Below, one piece after another: positions 52,384-61,859 of a stretch of 64,000 bases of DNA. A model generated the notes under the pieces. It saw nothing but the letters and a program-made list of their open reading frames with translations, ran no database searches and had not been told where the DNA came from. How positions within the stretch are numbered: position 1 is the first letter of the stretch; every line of letters starts with the position of its first letter. Origin of the DNA: Candidatus Latescibacterota bacterium (GTDB lineage: Bacteria; Latescibacterota; UBA2968; UBA8231); the NCBI GenBank assembly GCA_965243025.1, contig CBDETY010000003.1:2656001-2720000 (forward strand), in the 5' to 3' direction. The translations under genes were made by a program, and so were the position numbers.

Positions 52384-52401
52384 TCGGCCCCCCTTTTTTT
52401 T
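52366..52401 (+). terminator. Intrinsic terminator after metG
   Basis: gggggccg...cggccccc stem followed by a long T run. Confidence 0.7.
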
Positions 52402-52418
52402 GCCGCGGGAAAACTGGA

Positions 52419-53408
52419 ATGAATAGGATCAGGATGGGCTTCATCGGCTGCGGGGGCAACGCCTCCAGCCACATCGGGAGAGTTCTCGGCTTTCCCGAGG
52501 TCGAGGTCGCCGCCCTCGCCGACGTCAGCGGCGAAGCCATCGACCGCGTGCGCGACCGCCACGGCGAGCTGGCGGAGACGCCGGCTTTCGGCGGCTACCG
52601 CGAGCTGCTCGCCGGCGCCGACCTCGACGCCGTCGAGATCTCCACTCCCCACACCCTGCACTACGAGCAGATCATGGCGAGCCTCGACCGCGGCCTGCAC
52701 GTGCTGACCGAAAAGCCGATGGTCTGCCGCGTCGACCACGCGCACGACGTCATCGCCGCTTCCGAGCGGGCCGGCAAGCTGCTGATGGTTTCCTACCAGC
52801 GGCACCTGGCCGCCGAGTTCCGCTTCGTGCGCAACCAGGTGCGCTGCGGCGAGCTCGGGGAGATCCAGTTCGTTTCCGCCCTGCAGGACCAGGGCTGGTA
52901 CCGGGGGTCGCGGGGCACCTGGCGCCAGCAGCTCGCCCTCAGCGGCGGCGGCCAGCTCAACGACTCCGGCAGCCACCTGCTCGACATCGTGCTGTGGATG
53001 ACCGGCCTCCAAGCCGCCGAGGTCCACGCCTTCATGGAGAACTTCGAGGCCGAGGTCGACATCAACTCGGCGATGAACGTCAGGTTCGCCAACGGCGCCC
53101 TCGGGAACATAGCGATCGTCGGCAACTCTCCCGCATCGGGGATCTGGGAGGACATCACCATCTGGGGAACCCGGGCCGCGGTGATGATGCGCAACGGCCG
53201 CATCACCTGGAGACAAGCCGGCGCCGAGCCGTGCGAGCCGGCCAACCTGCCCGGGGGCAGCACCCCGGACCGCAACTTCGTCGACGCCATCCTCGGCCGC
53301 GACGAGATCCAGGTGCCGCCGGAGTGCGGCCTGCGCGTCATCGAGCTGACCGAGGCCGCCTGGGAATCGGCGCGCACCGGCGGGCCGGCCGCGGTGGCGG
53401 CCCCGTAG
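52419..53408 (+). CDS. Gfo/Idh/MocA family oxidoreductase
   Basis: GFIGCGG, TPHTLH, EKPM, GGGQLNDSGSHLLD. Confidence 0.92.
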   Translation: MNRIRMGFIGCGGNASSHIGRVLGFPEVEVAALADVSGEAIDRVRDRHGELAETPAFGGYRELLAGADLDAVEISTPHTLHYEQIMASLDRGLHVLTEKPMVCRVDHAHDVIAASERAGKLLMVSYQRHLAAEFRFVRNQVRCGELGEIQFVSALQDQGWYRGSRGTWRQQLALSGGGQLNDSGSHLLDIVLWMTGLQAAEVHAFMENFEAEVDINSAMNVRFANGALGNIAIVGNSPASGIWEDITIWGTRAAVMMRNGRITWRQAGAEPCEPANLPGGSTPDRNFVDAILGRDEIQVPPECGLRVIELTEAAWESARTGGPAAVAAP

Positions 53409-53413
53409 CGGCG

Positions 53414-54118
53414 ATGGCGTACGAAATCGAGAAGCTGTTCCGCGCCCCATACGGGGTCCCGAACGGCCTCCAGGTCACCGCCGAGGGCCTGTGGATCGCC
53501 GACCAGATCACCGACAGGGTCGCCCTCGTCGAGATCGCCGAGCCGTCGATCTACGGGGTCACGCGGTGGCTGCGCGAGGTGCCGAGCGAGAGCTCGAACA
53601 CCAGCGGCCTGGCCTACGGCGACGGCTCCCTGTGGCTGGCGGCCAACGGCGACGGGGGCATGTGGCGTCCCCTGCGGGAAACCGACGCGAAAAAGGGCGA
53701 GATTCTCAGGATCGACCCGCGTACGGGAGATACCCTTGCCCGCTTCCCCGTCCCCGGGGGCGGCGGCGTCCACGGCATCGAGTACGATCGCTTCGAAAGC
53801 GGCTGCCTGTGGGTGACCACCCTGGGCGAGCAGACCCTCAGCAAGGTCGCCGTCGACGGCTGGGAGGTGGCGCACGCCATCCCCCTTCCCCTGAACCGCG
53901 CCCACGGGGTCGTGCGCACCGCCGACGGCGTCTGGGTGGTGTTCACCAGCGACCGCGTCATCCTCAAGCTCGACCTCGAGGACGGCACCGAGCTCGAGCG
54001 CATAGTCGTGCCCGAGTCCGCACCCGAGCCCCATGGACTCTCCATCTGCGGCGGCGGCCTGCTCTACTGCGACGCGACGTCGGGGTGGATCACCCGAGTT
54101 TCCGGAGAGCGGATATGA
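53414..54118 (+). CDS. Beta-propeller protein (Vgb / glutamine cyclotransferase-like)
   Basis: Repeats PNGLQ, TSGLAY, VHGIEY, AHGVV, PHGLS with W/D-containing strands. Confidence 0.65.
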   Translation: MAYEIEKLFRAPYGVPNGLQVTAEGLWIADQITDRVALVEIAEPSIYGVTRWLREVPSESSNTSGLAYGDGSLWLAANGDGGMWRPLRETDAKKGEILRIDPRTGDTLARFPVPGGGGVHGIEYDRFESGCLWVTTLGEQTLSKVAVDGWEVAHAIPLPLNRAHGVVRTADGVWVVFTSDRVILKLDLEDGTELERIVVPESAPEPHGLSICGGGLLYCDATSGWITRVSGERI

Positions 54119-54636
54119 ACTGCGAAGGACAGCATTGCCACCCATCCCGCCGGCGCTGGCGCGGGGCGGCCCGGGCGGGGCTGGCCGGGGCGGCGGCATG
54201 GCTTCTTGCCTGCGACTCCACCAATCCATCCTCGGAGCCGGAAGCCGCCCCCGAAGCAGTGATCTTCGACATCGACGAGGAGGCCATGGCCAATCCCGAA
54301 ACCACCCCCAGCGGCCTGCAGTTCATCGTCGTCGAGGAGGGCAGCGGCGAGCCCCCTGCCCCCGGCAGCAGGGTGCGCGTCCACTACACCGGCATGCTCG
54401 AGGACGGATCCGTGTTCGACAGCTCCTACAAGCGCGACGAGCCGTTCGAGTTCTACCTCGGCGAGGGCCGGGTGATCGCCGGCTGGGACGAGGGCATCGC
54501 CCTGATGAAGACTGGGGCGAAATACCGGCTGATCATTCCCCCGGAGCTGGGATACGGCGAGCGCGGCGCCGGCGGCGGGTTGATCCCCCCGAACGCAATC
54601 CTGCTCTTCGACGTCGAGCTGCTGGGGTTCTCGTAG
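54115..54636 (+). CDS. FKBP-type peptidyl-prolyl cis-trans isomerase (probable lipoprotein)
   Basis: VHYTGML.DG.VFDSS, VIAGWDEGI, IPPELGYG, FDVELL; LLA-C lipobox. Confidence 0.93.
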   Translation: MNCEGQHCHPSRRRWRGAARAGLAGAAAWLLACDSTNPSSEPEAAPEAVIFDIDEEAMANPETTPSGLQFIVVEEGSGEPPAPGSRVRVHYTGMLEDGSVFDSSYKRDEPFEFYLGEGRVIAGWDEGIALMKTGAKYRLIIPPELGYGERGAGGGLIPPNAILLFDVELLGFS

Positions 54637-54825
54637 GTTCGGCCGGAAAGCGTGGCCCTTGCGGGCGAGGCCGGTTGCCTGCCTGCTTGCGCGGCCGGCC
54701 TGAGCGATACTCGCCCGCCTGCGCGCAGCGCGCCGACAGGCAGACAGGCCAATCAGGCAGCCCGGATGGAGTTGGCCCCCGGCTCGAAGGCCGGGACCCC
54801 GGCTGCAGGAGCTTTTTGCAACTTC

Positions 54826-55764
54826 ATGCCTGACGAAGAACTGACCTGTCCACGGCGCGGCTGGGGAAAGACGAAGCTCTCGATACCGGTCGTCCCCTTC
54901 GGCACCCAGGGATTCGGCAATCACTTCGGACCGGTGAGCGAGGCCGAGGCGGCGGGACTGATCCGCCGCGCCGTCGACATCGGGGTCAACCACTTCGACT
55001 GCGCGCGCTGCTACGGCGACTCGCTCCGCAAGCTCGGGGAGGCGATCAAGCGGGAAGTGGTGGCCCGGGACGAAATCGTCCTCAGCGGGCGCGTCTGCTG
55101 CCACAGCGCCGAACCCTGGGGCGGGTACGGAAAAGGAGACCCGGACTACTCCCGCGGCCGCGTCCTCGCCGACGTCGAGGACCAGCTCGGCATCCTGGGA
55201 ACCGGCCATTTCGACGTGCTCTTCATCCACGACCCGCCGGCCATGGAACCGACCCTCGCCGCCGGGGGCGCCCTCGAGGGCCTGGAAGCGGCGCGCGAGC
55301 GCGGTTGGGTACGCTGGCTCGGGTACGGGATGCGCCCCCACGATTTCCATTGCGCCGCCATCGCTTCGGGGCGCATCGACGCGCTGCTGACCTTCAGCGA
55401 CTACAACCTCCTCAACCAGAGCGCGGGGGCCCGGCTCCTGGGGGCCGCGGCCGACAGCGACATCGGGGTGCTCAACGGCTGGTCGATCATGCGGGGGTGG
55501 CTGACGGGAACCCCGGGAGAGGCGATCGCCCCCCGGGAGCGGTGGAGCGAAAATCACCATCGCGCCGAGGCGATGCGGCTGTGGTGCGAGAAGCGGGGGC
55601 TTTCGCTGCTGCAGCTGGCCCTTCAGTTCTGCCTGCGCGAGCCGCGCATTCACGGGAACCCGATCGGCAGTCTCACAATCGAGCAGCTGGAGATGAACGT
55701 GCGCGCCGCGGCCACGTCGATTGACGACGGCACCATCGCCGAATTCGAGCGCGCCGCCCTGTAG
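54826..55764 (+). CDS. Aldo/keto reductase family protein
   Basis: FGTQGFG, GVNHFDCARCYGDS, FIHDP, LALQFCLR. Confidence 0.85.
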   Translation: MPDEELTCPRRGWGKTKLSIPVVPFGTQGFGNHFGPVSEAEAAGLIRRAVDIGVNHFDCARCYGDSLRKLGEAIKREVVARDEIVLSGRVCCHSAEPWGGYGKGDPDYSRGRVLADVEDQLGILGTGHFDVLFIHDPPAMEPTLAAGGALEGLEAARERGWVRWLGYGMRPHDFHCAAIASGRIDALLTFSDYNLLNQSAGARLLGAAADSDIGVLNGWSIMRGWLTGTPGEAIAPRERWSENHHRAEAMRLWCEKRGLSLLQLALQFCLREPRIHGNPIGSLTIEQLEMNVRAAATSIDDGTIAEFERAAL

Positions 55765-55855
55765 GCTGTCCGACAAGCGAGGTTACTCCGCCGTAGGGAG
55801 GGAACCTCTCACATGCGCAGGCACCGGCCTGCCGACAGAGAAAGAGGGAAGACTC

Positions 55856-56875
55856 ATGAAACTGGCGATGCTCTACGGTCCGCAGGACCTCCGAATCGAG
55901 GAACACGAGCTGGACACCGCGAACCTCGGGCCCACCGAAATCCATGTGCGCACCCTGATCTCCGCCCTCAAGATCGGGACCGACAGGGGGAACTACGAGG
56001 GTGCGGAGCGGGTTCCCGGGGCCCCGGACTACCCCCGCCAGGTCGGCGACAGCAACCTCGGCGTCGTCGAGGCGGTCGGCTCGCAGGTTACGAGGTTCAG
56101 TCCCGGCGACCGTGTCGTGTCGCGGATCTGGCACCAGTCGGAGTACGTCGCCGAGGAGGACAGCCGCTGGCAGATCGTCAAGGTGCCCGACGGGGTCGAC
56201 CCCGAAGACGCGGTATGGTCGCAGCTGTACACCCTGAGCGCCCACTGCTACCGCAAGGCCTGGTTCACCCCCGGAGAGACGGTCGCCGTGGTCGGCCTCG
56301 GAATCCTCGGCATCGGGGCGGTGGCGCTTGGGCCCTGCTTCGGGGCGCGCGTCATCGGCCTGGGGAACAGCCCGGAGCGCATGGACATGGCGCGCAGGAT
56401 GGGCGCCCACACCTGCTTCGCATCGGACGACCCGGAACTGGCCGGAAAGATCGACGCCTTCACCGACGGCATCGGGGTCGACCTCGTGATCCTGACCGCC
56501 AACCCGTGGCCGGCCCTGCGCACGTCGCTCGACGTGGTGCGCAGCAACGGACGCGTCGCCATCGTCAGCCTCCCCGGCCGCGGGGAGCCGCCGCTGGACC
56601 ACAACCCGCTGGCGATGGAGCGCTTCTACTTCAAGGGGTTGGCGCTGATCGCGGTTTCCGAACAGGGGGGCTATCTCTTTCCCACCGGCGGGGACCGCTT
56701 CGCCTGGAGCACCGCCTGCGCCCACACCCTGTCGCTGATGGCCGACGGCAGGCTGGAACCCCGGCACACGATCACGCACCGGCTGAGCTATGCCGGGATG
56801 AAGACCGCCTACGACAAGATCTACACCCGCGACAAGGACATGCTGGGGGTGATCTTCGATTGGCGCGGCGCCTGA
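55856..56875 (+). CDS. MDR-family (zinc-binding dehydrogenase-like) oxidoreductase
   Basis: VEAVGSQVTRFSPGDRV, GLGILG Rossmann motif, ITHRL; canonical GHE absent. Confidence 0.8.
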   Translation: MKLAMLYGPQDLRIEEHELDTANLGPTEIHVRTLISALKIGTDRGNYEGAERVPGAPDYPRQVGDSNLGVVEAVGSQVTRFSPGDRVVSRIWHQSEYVAEEDSRWQIVKVPDGVDPEDAVWSQLYTLSAHCYRKAWFTPGETVAVVGLGILGIGAVALGPCFGARVIGLGNSPERMDMARRMGAHTCFASDDPELAGKIDAFTDGIGVDLVILTANPWPALRTSLDVVRSNGRVAIVSLPGRGEPPLDHNPLAMERFYFKGLALIAVSEQGGYLFPTGGDRFAWSTACAHTLSLMADGRLEPRHTITHRLSYAGMKTAYDKIYTRDKDMLGVIFDWRGA

Positions 56876-56909
56876 GAGGACTGCCGCGATTCGCGGTGCT
56901 GCCGGGAGG

Positions 56910-57707
56910 CTACCGGTAGGCGGCGACCGCCTGCGCCGCCCCGTGGGCGATCAGCTCGACCTCGGTTTCCATCTCGAAATAGCGGCAGCCTTTCTTAATC
57001 CAGCGCCTGCCGGCCCCGGGGCTCGAGGCGGTGGTGCCGAAAGCAATGCCGCGCGCGAGGCAGACCTGCAGGATCCGGTCCATCCCCGCGACCACGTCCG
57101 GGTGGTCGTAGTCCCCGGGATGACCCAATTCGATAGCGAAGTCGTAGGGGCCGACGTAGATGACGTCGAGATGGGGGGTCCCGGCGATCTCCTCGATGTT
57201 CTCCAGCCCCAGCGCCGTCTCGATGTGGGCGACGACGACGGTCGACTGGTTTGCCTTGCGCAGCCAGGCGGCGTGGTCGTCGGGAAGGGCGTAGTCGGTG
57301 TTCCCGTATCCGGGCGCGCCTGCCCGGGTTCCGAGGGGCGGGAACTTGACGTAGTCGACGAGCGCGGCCAGTTGCTCGCGGCTCTCGCTTCTCGGCAGCT
57401 GAATGCCGGTTGCCCCGGCCTCGAGGAGACGCCCGACTTCGGCGCGGTTGAGCTCGCCGAGCTTCGAGACCGCCGGCAGGCCGTTGTCGCGGCAGGCGAG
57501 GACGAAATCGGTCAGCTCGGGGCCGTCGAAGAGCCCGTGTTCCTTCTCGATGTAGACGAAGTCCATTCCGGCCAGGGCGTACAGCTTGGCGAGCGAAGGC
57601 CGCAGGTACTCCATCGCCGTAAGGCCGAGAGAAACGTCCTCCGACCGGAGGCGGCGCTTGAAGGCGCGGCCGAGGGCTGTCGGGTCCGAGCGTCTGGTTG
57701 CGGCCAT
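56910..57707 (-). CDS. HpcH/HpaI class II aldolase family protein
   Basis: YIEKEHG, FPPLGTRAG, AHIET, YVGPYDF. Confidence 0.85.
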   Translation of the reverse strand: MAATRRSDPTALGRAFKRRLRSEDVSLGLTAMEYLRPSLAKLYALAGMDFVYIEKEHGLFDGPELTDFVLACRDNGLPAVSKLGELNRAEVGRLLEAGATGIQLPRSESREQLAALVDYVKFPPLGTRAGAPGYGNTDYALPDDHAAWLRKANQSTVVVAHIETALGLENIEEIAGTPHLDVIYVGPYDFAIELGHPGDYDHPDVVAGMDRILQVCLARGIAFGTTASSPGAGRRWIKKGCRYFEMETEVELIAHGAAQAVAAYR

Positions 57708-57724
57708 CGGTTCTTTCTCCCGGG

Positions 57725-58555
57725 TCAGTACGCTTCAGGAACGAAGGTCTGGTCTCCCACCGGCGTGCGCACGTAGCTGTCGTCCTCCTGCAGGGGCGGC
57801 ACCTCGAGCTTGCTGGGCAGCACGTTCTTGTAGGGGATCATGCTCAGCAGGTGGGAAATGCAGTTGAGGCGGGCGCGGCGCTTGTTGTTGGAGTCGACGA
57901 CGTACCAGGGCGCCTGCTTGATGTCGGTATGCCGGAACATGTCGTCCTTGGCGCGCGAGTAGTCGACCCAGCGCCGGCGCGACTCCAGGTCCATGCCGCT
58001 GAGCTTCCAGCGCCGGGTCGGGTCGGAGATGCGCCGCCGGAAGCGCAGTTCCTGCTCCTCCTCGGAAACCGAGAACCAGTACTTGATCAGGATGATCCCC
58101 GAGCGCACCAGCATGCGCTCGAACTCGGGGCAGGTGCGGAAGAACTCCTCCACCTCGTCCTCGGTGCAGAACCCCATCACCCTCTCGACGCCGGCGCGGT
58201 TGTACCAGCTGCGGTCGAAGAGAACCATCTCCCCGGCCGCGGGCAGCTCCTCGACGTAACGCTGGAAATACCACTGCGTCTTCTGCCGTTCGGTGGGGGT
58301 TCCGAGGGCGACCACCCGGCAGATGCGGGGGTTGAGCGACTCGGTGATGCGCCGGATGACGCCCCCCTTCCCCGCGGCGTCGCGCCCCTCGAAGACGACG
58401 ACCACCTTGAGGCCGTTCTGGCGTATCCACTCCTGCAGCTTGGCCAGCTCGACCTGGAGCTTGGCCAGCTCCTTATCGTAGTACTCGCGGCCCAGCCTCC
58501 TTTTATTCCCACCGGAGGAATTGGAGGGGGAATCCCCGCTGCTCGCCTTCGCCAT
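57725..58555 (-). CDS. ppk2: Polyphosphate kinase 2
   Basis: FEGRDAAGKGG, QWYFQRY, FDRSWYNRAGVERVMGFC, RWKLS.MD. Confidence 0.96.
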   Translation of the reverse strand: MAKASSGDSPSNSSGGNKRRLGREYYDKELAKLQVELAKLQEWIRQNGLKVVVVFEGRDAAGKGGVIRRITESLNPRICRVVALGTPTERQKTQWYFQRYVEELPAAGEMVLFDRSWYNRAGVERVMGFCTEDEVEEFFRTCPEFERMLVRSGIILIKYWFSVSEEEQELRFRRRISDPTRRWKLSGMDLESRRRWVDYSRAKDDMFRHTDIKQAPWYVVDSNNKRRARLNCISHLLSMIPYKNVLPSKLEVPPLQEDDSYVRTPVGDQTFVPEAY

Positions 58556-58716
58556 TGCTGCGCTCCCTGTCGTTTTCGCGGCCCGGGAATTTGGCGCTAT
58601 CCGGGCGCCTCATCAAGAAAAGCAGGACGACTTGCCCCGGTACCGGGCATGCCATTAGTTGGTTCGCAGGCGCCGCACCGAGGCCCCGAGCAGCTCCCGA
58701 CCCCCCTTTTCACGAC

Positions 58717-61560
58717 ATGACCGAATCCGATACAGCCAGCGGTCCCGCTTCCGCCCGGACTGCGGCCCTGCCCGGCCTGGAACTGGAGGGCCCGACCCTC
58801 TACCTGCTCGACGGCATGGCGCTGGCCTACCGCGGTTACTTCGCCATGATCAACAACCCGCCGACGACCGCGGCGGGGGTCAACACCGCGGCGCCGTTCG
58901 TGTTCACCTCGACGCTGCTGGAAATCCTCGACAAGTACCACCCGACCCACATCGCCGTCGTCTTCGACGCCCCCGGCCCGACCCACCGCCACGAGGAGTA
59001 CGCCGAATACAAGGCGCAGCGCGAGGCCATGCCGGACGATCTCGGACAGGCGATGCCGTTCGTTTTCCGGATCTGCGAGGGCTTCCGCATTCCCGTGATC
59101 AGCGAGCCGGGGTGGGAGGCCGACGACGTCATCGGGACCCTGGCAAAGCGCGCCGAAGCGGCCGGGGCGACGACCTACATGGTGACCCCGGACAAGGACT
59201 TCGCCCAGCTGGTCTCGGAGCGCACCTACCTGTACCGGCCCGGGCGTTCCGGCAGCGGCACGGAAATCCTCGGGGACGCCGAGGTGCGGGAGAAATGGCA
59301 GGTCGAGTCGGCCGACCAGGTGCGGGACATCCTCGGACTGATGGGGGACGCGATCGACAACGTTCCCGGCGTCCCGGGGATCGGCCAGAAAACAGCTGCC
59401 AAGCTCGTCCAGGAGTTCGGCTCGGTCGAGAACCTCCTCGGGCGGCTGGATGAGGTCAGGGGAAAACGCCGCGCCGTGCTGGAGGAGCACCGCGAGCAGG
59501 CCCTGCTCTCGAAGAAGCTGGTCACCATCGTCAGGGACGTTCCGGTTGACGGGTCGCTGGCCGACTTCGAGCGCAAGCCGATCGACGCGGAGGTTCTCAA
59601 GGGGATCTTCGTCGAGCTCGAGTTCAACATGTTCGGCAAACGCCTGTTCGGTGACGGCTTTCACGCGGCGCCGCGGCAGGTGCGGACCGCTTCCCCGGCG
59701 CCGGGCGACGGAGTCCAGCTGGGAGTCGATGAGGCGGGGGAGCTCAAGACCATCGCCGACGTCGAGCACGACTACCGCCCGGTGTCCGGCCCGGAGGAGC
59801 GCGCCGAGCTGATCTCCGCGCTTCTCGACAGCTCGAGGATCAGCATCGATCTCGAGACCACCGGCCTCGACGCCAAGTCCTGCGACATCGTCGGAATCGC
59901 CTTTGCCCTCCAGCCCCGGTCCGGGTTCTACGTGCCCCTTCCCGCAGCGCGCGAGGAAGCTTCCGCGACATTGGAGGAATTCCGCCCGGTCCTCGAAAAC
60001 AGCGGGATCGCCAAGGTCGGCCACAACCTGAAGTTCGACGTCGTCACCCTTCTCTGGCACGGCATCGAGGTCCGGGGGAAGCTGTTCGACACCATGGTCG
60101 CCGCCTTCCTTGCGGTTCCCGACATGAGACGGAGCCTCGACTACCTGTCGCAGGCCCTGCTCGGCTACCGCCCGATTCCGATTTCCGAGCTGATCGGGGA
60201 AAAGGGCAGCGAGCAGCGCAGCATCCGCGACGTGCCGCTCGAGGAGCTCGTCGAGTACGCCGTCGAGGACGCCGACGTCGCCCTGCAGCTCGCCGGCCTG
60301 CTCGAGGGTCTGCTGGAGGAGAAGAACCAGACCGCGGTATACGACCGGGTGGAGGCGCCGCTGATCCCGGTGCTCGCCCGCATGGAGACCGCCGGCATCC
60401 GCGTCGACGCCGGATCCCTCGACCAGCTGTCCGGGGAGATGGAGGCGGACATCGAGACGGCGGCGCGGCGCATCGAGGAGCTCGCCGGAGAGCCGTTCAA
60501 CCTCAATTCCCCCAGCCAGCTCGGCAACATCCTGTTCGACAAGCTCAAGCTCGATCCCCACGCGCGCCGCACGCAGAAATCCAAGCAGTACAAGACCGAC
60601 GAGCTGGTGCTTACGCGGCTGTCGCACGAGCACGAGATCGCGCGCCAGATCCTCGACTACCGGCTGTGCACGAAGCTGAAGTCGACCTACCTCGACATGC
60701 TTCCCGGGGCGGTGTTCGACCGCACCGGGCGCATCCACACCTACTACGAGCAGGCGGTCGCGGCCACCGGCCGCATGCAGTCGAGCGGTCCGAACCTGCA
60801 GAACATCCCGATACGCACCGAAAGGGGAAGGGAGATCCGCAGGGCCTTCGTCCCCAGCCCCGGCGGCTACACCCTGCTGTCGGCCGACTACTCGCAGATC
60901 GAGCTGCGGGTCATCGCCGAGATCAGCCGGGACGAGCGCATGAACAGGGCCTTCGCCACCGGGGAAGACATCCACACGGTGACGGCGAGCCGCGTCTACG
61001 GCGTCCCTGCGGAGATGGTGACCGCCGACATGCGGCGCAAGTCGAAGACCGTCAACTTCGGCATCATCTACGGGATTTCCGCCTTCGGCCTGTCCGAGCG
61101 CCTGGGATTGCCGCGCAAGCTGGCGGGGGAAATGATCGAGCAGTACTTCGAGGAATACCCCGGGGTACGGACCTACATGGACGAGACCGTCGAATTCGCC
61201 CGCGAAAACGGTTTCGTCGAGACGATGATGGGACGGCGCCGCTACCTGAGGGACATCAACTCCCGCAGCGTCGCGGCGCGCAAGGCCGCCGAGCGCAACG
61301 CCATCAACTCCCCGATTCAGGGATCGGCCGCCGACATGATCAAGGTCGCCATGGCGAGAATCCACCGCGAGCAGCAGGAGCGCGGCTGGAAGACGAGGAT
61401 GCTGCTGCAGGTCCACGACGAGCTGGTCTTCGACCTCTTCCTCGAGGAGGAGGCGGAGGTCCGGAGCGTCGTCGGGGAGGCGATGAAAACGGCGATCCCG
61501 ATGAAGGTGCCCGTCGTCGTCGAGATGGGGACCGGTCCCACCTGGCTCGACGCTCATTGA
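58717..61560 (+). CDS. polA: DNA polymerase I
   Basis: 5'-3' exo (LLDGMALAYR, EADD, DKDF, GVPGIG), 3'-5' exo (DLETTGL), polymerase (DYSQIELR, NFGIIYG, QVHDEL). Confidence 0.97.
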   Translation: MTESDTASGPASARTAALPGLELEGPTLYLLDGMALAYRGYFAMINNPPTTAAGVNTAAPFVFTSTLLEILDKYHPTHIAVVFDAPGPTHRHEEYAEYKAQREAMPDDLGQAMPFVFRICEGFRIPVISEPGWEADDVIGTLAKRAEAAGATTYMVTPDKDFAQLVSERTYLYRPGRSGSGTEILGDAEVREKWQVESADQVRDILGLMGDAIDNVPGVPGIGQKTAAKLVQEFGSVENLLGRLDEVRGKRRAVLEEHREQALLSKKLVTIVRDVPVDGSLADFERKPIDAEVLKGIFVELEFNMFGKRLFGDGFHAAPRQVRTASPAPGDGVQLGVDEAGELKTIADVEHDYRPVSGPEERAELISALLDSSRISIDLETTGLDAKSCDIVGIAFALQPRSGFYVPLPAAREEASATLEEFRPVLENSGIAKVGHNLKFDVVTLLWHGIEVRGKLFDTMVAAFLAVPDMRRSLDYLSQALLGYRPIPISELIGEKGSEQRSIRDVPLEELVEYAVEDADVALQLAGLLEGLLEEKNQTAVYDRVEAPLIPVLARMETAGIRVDAGSLDQLSGEMEADIETAARRIEELAGEPFNLNSPSQLGNILFDKLKLDPHARRTQKSKQYKTDELVLTRLSHEHEIARQILDYRLCTKLKSTYLDMLPGAVFDRTGRIHTYYEQAVAATGRMQSSGPNLQNIPIRTERGREIRRAFVPSPGGYTLLSADYSQIELRVIAEISRDERMNRAFATGEDIHTVTASRVYGVPAEMVTADMRRKSKTVNFGIIYGISAFGLSERLGLPRKLAGEMIEQYFEEYPGVRTYMDETVEFARENGFVETMMGRRRYLRDINSRSVAARKAAERNAINSPIQGSAADMIKVAMARIHREQQERGWKTRMLLQVHDELVFDLFLEEEAEVRSVVGEAMKTAIPMKVPVVVEMGTGPTWLDAH

Positions 61561-61859
61561 GCGAAACCAGACCGAGCCATTCGGGAACACCCGTCGAGAA
61601 CCTGACTGGAATCGGCGGGGTGTCGGCCGCCTGGCTGCACGCCGCCGGTATTCGCACCCGCTCCGACCTGGAACGCCGGGGAGCGGCGCGCGCTTTTCTC
61701 GAATTCAGGAAGGCGGGCTTCAGACCTACCCGCAATCTGCTGTGGGCGCTGCAGGGGGCCATCATGGACCTGGACTGGCGCCTCGTTCCGGACGCCGTCA
61801 AGGAACAGATCGACGGAGAGGTCAACACCCTGACAGACCAGCAAGGAGCCGCACGATGA
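61557..61859 (+). CDS. TfoX C-terminal domain protein
   Basis: TTG overlapping the polA stop; NLTGIGGVSAAWLHAAGIRT..DL, NLLWALQGAI..DW. Confidence 0.75.
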   Translation: MSETRPSHSGTPVENLTGIGGVSAAWLHAAGIRTRSDLERRGAARAFLEFRKAGFRPTRNLLWALQGAIMDLDWRLVPDAVKEQIDGEVNTLTDQQGAAR

